Assembly (NCBI GenBank): GCA_040384725.1
Contig: JAZKIS010000002.1
Span: forward strand, 7,682 to 71,681
DNA: 64,000 nucleotides
Source: Patescibacteria group bacterium
GTDB lineage: Bacteria; Patescibacteriota; Minisyncoccia; Phycocordibacterales; Phycocordibacteraceae
Direction: 5' to 3'
Position numbers and translations under genes: made by a program. A model generated the notes under the pieces. It did not search any database, was not told the origin of the DNA, and saw only the letters and a program-made list of their open reading frames with translations. Positions 36,839-44,987 of this stretch are shown here, piece by piece; position 1 is the first letter of the stretch; the number at the start of each line of letters is the position of its first letter.

Positions 36839-37420
36839 ATGGTTGCCTATGTCAAAGAGAAGTTGCCGTTCTTGCTGCTGTGCCTCGTGGGCATAGTGGT
36901 GGGTCTCACCAGCTTCCCGTCGCTCTCAAAGGCGCAAGAAGCTCCGTCCTGCCGTGACCGCGAGGCCATGGGGGAGATGGTTCTCGCATGTCCCGACGGT
37001 CTGTACCAGATGCTCAACCTGAGCTCGGGTCGCATCATCGTCAAGATCGACACCGGAGGCGTGGACCCCAGGTCCTGTAGTCCCGAGGTCTCTCATGGCG
37101 CAATCGTCGCTCGATGCGGCGAACATCGCTACGAGTGGCAGCGGGTGAACGGCCTGCTCAGCCTGCGACTGATTCCCGAAGTCAGTCGCGAGGAGGCGCA
37201 ACGCCTGATCTATCTGGACAGCGCGCGGCAGCGTTCGGCGGTGTACGGATACGTTCCGCCCGAATGCGGCGTCATGATCGAGCGCAACACGCAACGATGC
37301 GACGACGCACGCTGGCGACGACGCAATGTCGTTCACTGTTACGGCCCCTATACGGGAACACCCGTGTATGAGGCCGAAACGTGCATCAGCTGGCGCGAAC
37401 AGCGCCGATTCGGCAACTGA
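36839..37420 (+). CDS. hypothetical secreted Cys-rich protein (high GC) inserted between dnaK and dnaJ
   Basis: Signal peptide LPFLLLCLVGIVVGLTSFPSLSKA; 10 Cys; own promoter-like TTGACT-17-TATTGT upstream and own terminator. Confidence 0.5.
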   Translation: MVAYVKEKLPFLLLCLVGIVVGLTSFPSLSKAQEAPSCRDREAMGEMVLACPDGLYQMLNLSSGRIIVKIDTGGVDPRSCSPEVSHGAIVARCGEHRYEWQRVNGLLSLRLIPEVSREEAQRLIYLDSARQRSAVYGYVPPECGVMIERNTQRCDDARWRRRNVVHCYGPYTGTPVYEAETCISWREQRRFGN

Positions 37421-37423
37421 AAG

Positions 37424-37462
37424 GAGGGCGGTCTTCGAACGAAGACCGCCCTTTTCATTTTC
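37424..37462 (+). terminator. Rho-independent terminator
   Basis: GAGGGCGGTCTTC-gaac-GAAGACCGCCCTT then TTCATTTTC. Confidence 0.85.
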
Positions 37463-37521
37463 TATACAGAACCAGTAGGTTACTTTGCCTCTCTAAACGC
37501 GGAAGCGTATAGTAGGTACAC

Positions 37522-38592
37522 ATGGCAAAGAACTATTACGACATCCTCGGCGTCGACAAGAAGGCCACGCAAGACGACGTCAAGAAGGCGTTCCGTAAGC
37601 TCGCGCAGAAGCACCATCCTGACAAGGGAGGAGACGAGTCGAAGTTCAAGGAGATAACGGAAGCCTATAGCACGCTATCGGACGAGAAGAAGCGTCGCGA
37701 ATACGATTCATACGGACAGACCTTCCAGGGCGGAGGTGCGGGAGGGTACGGGGGCTTCGATCCGTCTCAGTTCGGCGGCTTCGGACAGGGCGGGGTGGAA
37801 TTCGATCTGAACGATCTCTTCGAAGGGTTCGGGGATATATTTGGTGGGCGAGGCGGGCGCTCTCGTGCGAAGCGCGGGCGGGATATCTCCATAGATATCG
37901 AAGCCTCATTCAAGGAGTCGATCCTTGGCGGCAGCCGCTCCGTACTGCTTACGAAAGTAGGCACCTGTGACACCTGCGAAGGCTCCGGCGCGAAGCCGGG
38001 GACCGAGCTTGAGACCTGCAAGACCTGTAACGGGCAGGGGAAGATGCATGAGACCCGCAACTCGCCACTTGGCGCCTTTACGAGCGTGCGGACTTGCTCT
38101 ATCTGTGAAGGCTCGGGGAAGATTCCGAAAGAGAAGTGCGCAACGTGCTCAGGGCACGGAGTGCAGCGTCGTGAGGAGGAGATCAAGATTCAGATCCCTA
38201 AGGGCATCGATGGCGGAGAGATGATCCGGATGCCGGGTCAAGGCGAGGCGATAAAGGGTGGCACGTCAGGGGACTTGTACGTAAAGGTGCATGTGAAGCC
38301 GCATGCAGTGTTCAAGAAGGAGGGCATGAATCTCGTGATGAACATGCCCATGAAGCTCACGGACGCGCTTCTTGGTACTACTGCTACGATAACGACCATC
38401 GATGAGAAGAAGCTCGAGGTGAAGATACCCGCCATGGCCGAGGCGCAGCAGACACTCCGCCTCAAAGGAAAGGGTGTCTCGATCGACGGGCATGAGGGCG
38501 ACCTTCTCATTCGTCTCACCGCGACCCTGCCGAAGAAGATTTCCGCGAAGGCGAAGAAGGCGATCGAGGAACTGAAGAGCGAAGGGCTCTAG
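37522..38592 (+). CDS. dnaJ: chaperone DnaJ
   Basis: J domain with HPD (KHHPDKGG), G/F-rich region, four CxxCxGxG zinc-finger repeats. Confidence 0.95.
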   Translation: MAKNYYDILGVDKKATQDDVKKAFRKLAQKHHPDKGGDESKFKEITEAYSTLSDEKKRREYDSYGQTFQGGGAGGYGGFDPSQFGGFGQGGVEFDLNDLFEGFGDIFGGRGGRSRAKRGRDISIDIEASFKESILGGSRSVLLTKVGTCDTCEGSGAKPGTELETCKTCNGQGKMHETRNSPLGAFTSVRTCSICEGSGKIPKEKCATCSGHGVQRREEEIKIQIPKGIDGGEMIRMPGQGEAIKGGTSGDLYVKVHVKPHAVFKKEGMNLVMNMPMKLTDALLGTTATITTIDEKKLEVKIPAMAEAQQTLRLKGKGVSIDGHEGDLLIRLTATLPKKISAKAKKAIEELKSEGL

Positions 38593-38616
38593 AGTTCACA
38601 GTTCGCATGCCGAGGC

Positions 38617-39150
38617 ATGGCGTGCGTCTGCTATGCTGATGCTATGGATGCACTTAATCAGTTTGCGACAGGAGGGTTCGGATCGATCGTAACGTTCTTC
38701 GGCAACTTTCTCGTTCTCGTCGTTATCGCGGCATTGCTGTTCTTCTTCGCACTCAGGGCGGGACGAGCGATGCTCATATCGCTCATACTTGCCCTCTATG
38801 TAGGCTTCGCGCTCTTTACGGTATTCCCGTACAAGGAGATGTTCCTCGTGGGGGATTCGGCGCTCGTGCGTGCGGTTGCCGGCATTGCACTCTTTGCCGT
38901 GTTCACGTTCTTTCCATACATACTGCTCAGGCGTGTAGCGACCTCCGGCTCGATGCAGATCAATCCGGTCGTACTTTCAGCACTCGCGCTCGTTACAGGC
39001 GGCTTCGTGCTCGCGCTCGGGTACCACGTGCTCGATATCGCAGCTGTTATCCCGCTCACACCGTCCCTCGATGCGTTGTTCGCTCCGGACAAGTACTTCT
39101 TCTGGTGGTTCCTGGCACCGCTCGCGGGCGTCTACCTTACGGCCCGTTAA
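38617..39150 (+). CDS. hypothetical membrane protein (5 TM)
   Basis: 177-aa ORF of hydrophobic helices; true start possibly at MDALNQF (38644). Confidence 0.5.
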   Translation: MACVCYADAMDALNQFATGGFGSIVTFFGNFLVLVVIAALLFFFALRAGRAMLISLILALYVGFALFTVFPYKEMFLVGDSALVRAVAGIALFAVFTFFPYILLRRVATSGSMQINPVVLSALALVTGGFVLALGYHVLDIAAVIPLTPSLDALFAPDKYFFWWFLAPLAGVYLTAR

Positions 39151-39172
39151 TTAGGCCACGTGCGGCTTTATG

Positions 39173-39197
39173 AAGTTCGTGGTATAATCACGAACTT
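39173..39197 (+). promoter_or_regulatory. 9-bp inverted repeat AAGTTCGTG/CACGAACTT bracketing a TGgTATAAT -10 directly upstream of the ABC exporter ATG (putative operator plus leaderless promoter)
   Basis: aAAGTTCGTGgTATAATCACGAACTT-ATG. Confidence 0.45.
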
Positions 39198-41000
39198 ATG
39201 ACGCCTCCTGTAGAAACGACAAAGATACCGAGACGCTCGATGCCGGTTATCCGTGACTATTTTACGGCCGCGAAGAAGTATCCGTGGCTTTTGATACTGG
39301 TATTCGTCGGCAGCTTCATCATTGAGTTGGCGAGCATCATCTCCCCGCTCTTCATAAAGCAGTTCATCGATCGCATCTCTGCGGGCGATATCTCTGATGC
39401 GGTCGTGATGGGGCTCTTCGGCGTTCTTGTAATGTATGGAGGCTCAGCACTCCTCGGATGGACGGGACGCCGCATACAGATGCTCTCGCTTATGTACCTT
39501 GAGGCGAAGGTCATGGTTGACCTGTATAACCGCGCATTCGCGTACCTCATCGGCCATTCGCATGACTTCTTCTCGAAGAACTTCGCCGGGTCCCTGCAGA
39601 GGCGCGTGAGTCGCTATGCGCAGTCCTTCGAGTCGGTTATCGACATCTTCACGTTCAACTTCTTCTCAACGGCTGTATTCGCCGTGGGTGTCGTTATCGT
39701 ACTCATCCAACGAAATGTCTATATCGGCCTCGGCATCCTCGGCTGGACGATTGTCTTCATCTGGATACAGATCCTCATGACCAAGTGGCGCCAGCCGCTT
39801 CGAGTTGCGCGCGCCGCAGAGGAAAGCAACGTTACGGGCGTGCTTTCTGATTCCGTGAGCAACCAGTCCACCATTAGCCTCTTTGCCGCAGACACGCACG
39901 AGCGCGGCATTCTCGGAGACGCGCTCACTAAGTGGTACAAGGCCACGATGAAGTCGTGGACGGCTGACGTGTGGATCATGGCCATACAAGGCATCCTCGC
40001 TATCGCTATCGAGCTCGCGCTCCTTGGCGGAGCGGTACTCCTCTGGCAGGAGGGCCTTATTACGGTCGGAGACTTCGTGCTCATCCAGGTATACATCCTC
40101 GGCCTTATTGACCGCGTGTGGGGCATCGGCGGGTCCATGCGTCGCATGTTCACCGCGTTCGCCGATGCGAACGAGATGATCGAGATCTTCGATACGCCGC
40201 ACTCGGTCATGGACGCTCCTGATGCTCGTCCGCTTATCGTTGATAAGGGGCAGATCAGCCTTGAGAAGGTGTCGTTCGGGTTCAGCGAGGAGCGCGTTAT
40301 CCTCTCTGACTTCAATCTGGTTGTCGCACCTGGCGAGAAGATAGCGCTCGTAGGGCCGTCCGGAGCCGGCAAGTCCACGGTTACGAAACTCCTTCTGCGC
40401 ATGTATGACGTAACGTCGGGAAGCATTCGCGTAGACGGACAGAATATCGCAGAGGTTACGCAGACGAGCTTGCGCGATGCCATCTCATTCGTTCCGCAGG
40501 AGCCCATCCTCTTCCATCGCTCGCTACGAGACAATATCCGCTACGGGCGTCCCGAGGCTACCGACGACGAGGTTATCGACGCTGCAAAGAAGGCGCACTG
40601 CCATGAGTTTATCGAGAGCCTTAAGGAAGGCTATGAGACTCATGTTGGGGAGCGGGGCGTGAAGCTCTCTGGGGGCGAGCGTCAGCGTGTCGCTATCGCG
40701 CGTGCCATCCTTAAGAACGCACCGGTTCTCATTCTGGACGAGGCGACGTCTGCGCTCGATTCCGAATCGGAAGCCCTCATCCAGGATGCACTACGCGTTC
40801 TCATGCAAGGGAAGACGGTTATCGTTATCGCGCACCGGCTCTCAACCATCATGACTATGGATCGCATTATCGTTATCGAAGGCGGGAAGATCGCTGCCGA
40901 AGGAACTCATGACGAGCTCGTGACGCACAAGGGAGGCCTATACCAGAAGCTCTGGAGTATTCAGGCTGGAGGGTTTCTCGACGATAGCAAGTCTCTGTAG
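39198..41000 (+). CDS. ABC transporter, fused permease/ATP-binding subunit (MsbA-like exporter)
   Basis: Six N-terminal TMs; Walker A GPSGAGKST, signature LSGGERQR, Walker B ILILDEATSALD. Confidence 0.9.
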   Translation: MTPPVETTKIPRRSMPVIRDYFTAAKKYPWLLILVFVGSFIIELASIISPLFIKQFIDRISAGDISDAVVMGLFGVLVMYGGSALLGWTGRRIQMLSLMYLEAKVMVDLYNRAFAYLIGHSHDFFSKNFAGSLQRRVSRYAQSFESVIDIFTFNFFSTAVFAVGVVIVLIQRNVYIGLGILGWTIVFIWIQILMTKWRQPLRVARAAEESNVTGVLSDSVSNQSTISLFAADTHERGILGDALTKWYKATMKSWTADVWIMAIQGILAIAIELALLGGAVLLWQEGLITVGDFVLIQVYILGLIDRVWGIGGSMRRMFTAFADANEMIEIFDTPHSVMDAPDARPLIVDKGQISLEKVSFGFSEERVILSDFNLVVAPGEKIALVGPSGAGKSTVTKLLLRMYDVTSGSIRVDGQNIAEVTQTSLRDAISFVPQEPILFHRSLRDNIRYGRPEATDDEVIDAAKKAHCHEFIESLKEGYETHVGERGVKLSGGERQRVAIARAILKNAPVLILDEATSALDSESEALIQDALRVLMQGKTVIVIAHRLSTIMTMDRIIVIEGGKIAAEGTHDELVTHKGGLYQKLWSIQAGGFLDDSKSL

Positions 41001-41028
41001 AGTTGCTCCGTGATACGATATTCACACC

Positions 41029-42492
41029 ATGTCAGCATTCGATGAGATACGCGCTGAGAAGCTTCGCAAACTGTCGCTCCTTGAAGCGGCAGGCAAGAAT
41101 CCGTATCCGAACAATTCCCGCCGCACCCATGAGATCGGTCAGATCTTAGGAGGCTTCAGCGTGCTAGAAACTGAAGGCGGCAGCCTTGTAGCTGACGGCA
41201 GGATCCGTTCCATCCGTACCCACGGCGGCTCATCTTTCATCGATATCGATGATGGGACAGAAAAGATGCAGCTCTTCCTTAAGAAGGATGAGATCGGCGA
41301 GGAAGCATTCACGCTCTTTATCGACACCATTGATGTCGGGGACTTCGTCGAAGCAACGGGCGTACCTATGCGCACTAAGAGCGGGCAAGAGAGCCTGCTT
41401 GTCTCTGACTGGCGCATACTCTCGAAGGCCCTTCGTCCGATTCCAGACGAATGGTACGGATTCTCTGACGAGGACGAGCGGTTCCGGCGCCGGTATCTCG
41501 ACATGCTCCTTAACAAGGAGGTGCTCGAGAACGCAAAGAAGCGCTCGGTCTTCTGGAACGCGTTCCGTACGTACCTCCTTACGCGCGAATTCGTAGAGGT
41601 AGAGACTCCCGTGCTCGAGAACACAACGGGAGGTGCTGAGGCACGCCCTTTCATAACGCATCATAATGCGCTCAATATCGACGTATTCCTCCGTATCTCG
41701 GCAGGAGAGCTCTGGCAGAAGATGCTGCTCGTTGGAGGGCTTCCGAAGACCTTCGAGATAGGTCGCATCTTTAGGAACGAGGGAATGTCGAGAGAGCATC
41801 TCCAGGATTACACGCAGCTCGAGTTCTACCAGGCCTATTCGGATTACGAGGAGGGCATGCGCATGGTTACGGATATGTACCGTTTCGTTGCGCAGGAGAC
41901 CTTCGGCACCCTTGCGTTCACTATCGGCGAACACGAGGTTGATCTCGGGAAGGAATGGGAGGTCTATGACTTCTGTGAGGTTCTTAAGAAAGAGTACGGC
42001 CTGGATCCCCTTACCGCCACCTTAGATGAGGTAAAGGCTGCACTCAAGGATGCTGGGATCGAGAAGGATGCTGACTCTATGAGCATCGGGCGCGGCGTCG
42101 ATCTCCTCTGGAAGCGCATCCGGAAGGGTATTGCAGGTCCCGGATTCCTCATCGGCGTACCGGTATATCTCGAACCGCTCGCGAAGAGGAGCGAGAAGAA
42201 CGGGGAGGTTGTAGAGCGATTCCAGGTGCTTCTTGCAGGAAGCGAGATGGGCAAGGGCTTCTCTGAACTCAACAACCCGATTGATCAGAAAGACCGCTTC
42301 CTCGCGCAGCAGGCGCTTCGGGACGCCGGGGACGACGAGGCGCAGATGGCCGACATGGACTTCGTCGAGGCGCTCGAGTACGGCATGCCGCCCGCGTTCG
42401 GATTCGGGGTATCCGAGAGACTCTTCAGCTTCCTCATGAATAAGGATGTGCGGGAGACGCAGCTGTTTCCGCTGATGCGGCCAAGGGATTAA
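41029..42492 (+). CDS. lysS: lysyl-tRNA synthetase, class II
   Basis: N-terminal OB anticodon-binding domain, class II motifs (FRNEGMSREH, GSEMGKGFSELNNP). Confidence 0.93.
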   Translation: MSAFDEIRAEKLRKLSLLEAAGKNPYPNNSRRTHEIGQILGGFSVLETEGGSLVADGRIRSIRTHGGSSFIDIDDGTEKMQLFLKKDEIGEEAFTLFIDTIDVGDFVEATGVPMRTKSGQESLLVSDWRILSKALRPIPDEWYGFSDEDERFRRRYLDMLLNKEVLENAKKRSVFWNAFRTYLLTREFVEVETPVLENTTGGAEARPFITHHNALNIDVFLRISAGELWQKMLLVGGLPKTFEIGRIFRNEGMSREHLQDYTQLEFYQAYSDYEEGMRMVTDMYRFVAQETFGTLAFTIGEHEVDLGKEWEVYDFCEVLKKEYGLDPLTATLDEVKAALKDAGIEKDADSMSIGRGVDLLWKRIRKGIAGPGFLIGVPVYLEPLAKRSEKNGEVVERFQVLLAGSEMGKGFSELNNPIDQKDRFLAQQALRDAGDDEAQMADMDFVEALEYGMPPAFGFGVSERLFSFLMNKDVRETQLFPLMRPRD

Positions 42493-42502
42493 CTTGTGTA
42501 AG

Positions 42503-43036
42503 CTATTGCTTACTGGCACGTACTTTTGCTGCAAACTCTGCAATCTCCTCTTGCGACATCAAGGTGATTGAGAGATTCTCGGCGGCCTGCATTATCTTCT
42601 TATCGGCCTCATCCTTTTCACTGAGGTCTGCAACGACTATCTCGAGTTCTGCATGATACTTCCAGTCCTCGCTCCACTTGAGCGCAATTTCTACCTCTCC
42701 ATACTTAAAATTAGTTCTCTTCTGCGTACCCGCTATGATCTGCTGAGGCTCGCTGATGGCATGGCATATTGATCGCATGGTCTCATACTGATCTGCAGGA
42801 AAGGGCACTTCGAACTCCTGAAAAGACGAGCCTTCTCCGAGCGCGTTCAGCTTGAGGGAGAGTACACCCGTGTTCTTTGAAAGATTGTTAACTACTTTCA
42901 AGAGCTTATCGGGGAAGATGATATATTCTACTTCTTTATCATCTTGGCCGATCAGTGTCCCTTCCTGTGTCAGCTTTTCGAGGAGAGCAGTATAGCTATC
43001 CTCGGTTAACAGCGTGCGGTGTTCTATCTCGTACAT
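42503..43036 (-). CDS. CYTH-like (triphosphate tunnel metalloenzyme/CyaB-like) domain protein, paralog 1
   Basis: N-terminal YEIEHRTLL (ExExK-type start) and C-terminal acidic EVEIALKWSEDWKYHAELEIVV strands typical of the CYTH tunnel. Confidence 0.5.
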   Translation of the reverse strand: MYEIEHRTLLTEDSYTALLEKLTQEGTLIGQDDKEVEYIIFPDKLLKVVNNLSKNTGVLSLKLNALGEGSSFQEFEVPFPADQYETMRSICHAISEPQQIIAGTQKRTNFKYGEVEIALKWSEDWKYHAELEIVVADLSEKDEADKKIMQAAENLSITLMSQEEIAEFAAKVRASKQ

Positions 43037-43039
43037 ACG

Positions 43040-44296
43040 CTAGATAGTAGCATTCGACTTCCTACACACGACAGCGTTAACCCTATGTGAATCGTCTCCG
43101 GCGCGCGCAATAACTTCAAAGCCTTCTTTTTTTAGGTTCTGGACCATGCGCCCATAGGTCATATATGCCTTGCGCCTTCGCTGTCTTGCCTCATCGGGCT
43201 CAAAGTGGGTGATGAAATCGAATATGAAGAGACCGTTGTTTTTGAGGACACGGGAGTGTTCCTTGATGAAAAGATTTACGTACGCCTTCCCGACATGAGA
43301 AATGAGGACACCCCGGGAACAGACGAGATTGAAATACTCATCCTCATAAGGAAGATCGAGACTATTTGCGAGGATGTAGTGCCTCATCGATGAGTCTTTA
43401 TCGGCGTGCTCGAGCATTCGAGGAGAGATATCCACCGCCACTACCTGATAGCCCTTGGTATTAAGCTGCTTTGCAATTACGCCAGTCCCACAACCGGAAT
43501 CTAATGCGAGCTCAGAGTTACCGCTCTTAGTATCTGGCACCTGCGCTTCTATAAAATCAAGGAAACGTGAATATCCATCCTCGATATTCACGTAATGAGA
43601 CGGGTCCTTAATCACAGTGTCCCAGGTTTCAGCTTCTTTATCCCAGTTATCTCTTACTTCGCTGGCTTTGAAATAGCTTGATTCCTTCAGACGCTTTATG
43701 GCGTCAGTGATCTTTGGCAGGTCCGCATCATAGAGCTGCGCACTGAGGATGAACGCGGTCACCTGACCCCTTGAAATTTGCAGCGAACGAGCTATCTCTG
43801 CATGGACAGCAGAGAGCTCTACCATGTCGGGTATGAACTTCTTTGCAAGGTCGCTACTCTTGAATATAACGTTCATTGAAATCTGACCGTTTCTTACAGC
43901 GAAGTTTATCTCGCTCACACATGGCTGCTTACGCGAGTTTGGATCAGCAAGGATTATCGTCGCTGACCTAGTCAGTGGCTCTGCCTGCAGCCTCTCGATC
44001 ACACGCGATACCTGATCAATGCCGTTCATGGCACGCATGAGCGCATAATAGTTGCGCCCTGTTGCAGGATCTCCGGAAGGCGAGTAGATCCTGCGCATGT
44101 AGTCAAGATACTCGCTGCCGAAAAGGTCGATGTACTGGGGAGTTTCGATCTCAAATGCGTTTGCGTATGATATTTCTAGGTTGCGAATCTCGAGAAAAGG
44201 CTCGCTATCATCGACCTTGTTTCCTTGAATTGCAGTACGGATAGCCTGAAGCCAAGCACCCTCAAGGGTATTCTTAACGGCATTTGAAGATTTCAT
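43040..44296 (-). CDS. fusion: thymidylate-synthase-fold (ThyA/dNMP hydroxymethylase-like) N-domain + class I SAM methyltransferase C-domain
   Basis: N-half: QVSRVIERLQAEPLTRSATIILADPNSRKQPCVSEINF...KSSDLAKKFIPDMVELSAVHAEIA parallels ThyA [53 protein letters not shown] (catalytic Cys retained). C-half: motif I LDSGCGTGV, motif II-like FNLVCSRGVL. Confidence 0.6.
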   Translation of the reverse strand: MKSSNAVKNTLEGAWLQAIRTAIQGNKVDDSEPFLEIRNLEISYANAFEIETPQYIDLFGSEYLDYMRRIYSPSGDPATGRNYYALMRAMNGIDQVSRVIERLQAEPLTRSATIILADPNSRKQPCVSEINFAVRNGQISMNVIFKSSDLAKKFIPDMVELSAVHAEIARSLQISRGQVTAFILSAQLYDADLPKITDAIKRLKESSYFKASEVRDNWDKEAETWDTVIKDPSHYVNIEDGYSRFLDFIEAQVPDTKSGNSELALDSGCGTGVIAKQLNTKGYQVVAVDISPRMLEHADKDSSMRHYILANSLDLPYEDEYFNLVCSRGVLISHVGKAYVNLFIKEHSRVLKNNGLFIFDFITHFEPDEARQRRRKAYMTYGRMVQNLKKEGFEVIARAGDDSHRVNAVVCRKSNATI

Positions 44297-44298
44297 GC

Positions 44299-44913
44299 TT
44301 AGCTATGGTCTAGGTACTTTCGGTACTGCTTATCCTCGTCGCGCATATGGCGGAGGATAAGGTTACGAATAAATTCGGACCTATTAATTTTATACGTGAA
44401 GCTTGCCCAATCCAAATAGTTTTCTATCTCCTTTGTGAGTACGATATTGAACTTCACGACCGGCCTTGCACCGTTGTTATTCAGGAAGTCATTGAGAATA
44501 TCCGCGAGGTTGGAATCGTCATACTCGACCACCTTGAGGAGAGGAGAGGTTAGGCCTGCAAGGAAGGAGTCCTTCGGCTTGCCGCCTTTCTTTGGACCTG
44601 GAGCCTTCTTAACGAGGAAGAGGGTAGGCTTATTCTTCGAAAGCCCGAGCGTAACCTGATGTCCAACACTAAAGCTCGTAACCGTTCCTTCGATTATGAC
44701 CACATCTGAGGCGAGAATGGAGGCGACGACGCTGTTGTAAACCTCTTCGCGATCAAGAGTACTGACCGCCTTCTGCTCTACAAGCTTGATTGCTTCTTCG
44801 AGCCAATCACGACTGATACTATGCCCCATCTCCTTAATAAGGGAGCATATCTGCCTATAGTCATCCTTGTAGGTTTCCAGCTCGGAAGTTGAGCAGGCGA
44901 AGTGGACTTTCAT
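44299..44913 (-). CDS. fusion: DNPH1/nucleoside 2-deoxyribosyltransferase-like domain + C-terminal ribbon-helix-helix
   Basis: KVHFACS...ASDVVIIEGTVTSFSVGHQVTLGLSKNKPTLFLVKK parallels DNPH1 ALYFCGS...QADVVVAEVTQPSLGVGYELGRAVAFNKRILCLFR. C-terminus KFNIVLTKEIENYLDWASFTYKINRSEFIRNLILRHM is a beta-alpha-alpha RHH pattern. Start at MKVHFAC. Confidence 0.55.
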   Translation of the reverse strand: MKVHFACSTSELETYKDDYRQICSLIKEMGHSISRDWLEEAIKLVEQKAVSTLDREEVYNSVVASILASDVVIIEGTVTSFSVGHQVTLGLSKNKPTLFLVKKAPGPKKGGKPKDSFLAGLTSPLLKVVEYDDSNLADILNDFLNNNGARPVVKFNIVLTKEIENYLDWASFTYKINRSEFIRNLILRHMRDEDKQYRKYLDHS

Positions 44914-44987
44914 GCTGTTTTTATAACACAAGTGTGTATCATATGCAATATTGTGTATATATGTAAGTGTGTATACCATACATACTT
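44914..44987. promoter_or_regulatory. AT-rich divergent promoter region with three direct TGTGTAT repeats (candidate RHH operator)
   Basis: TGTGTAT at 44933, 44952, 44968 (spacing 19 and 16 nt); also ACACAagTGTGT inverted element. Confidence 0.4.
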
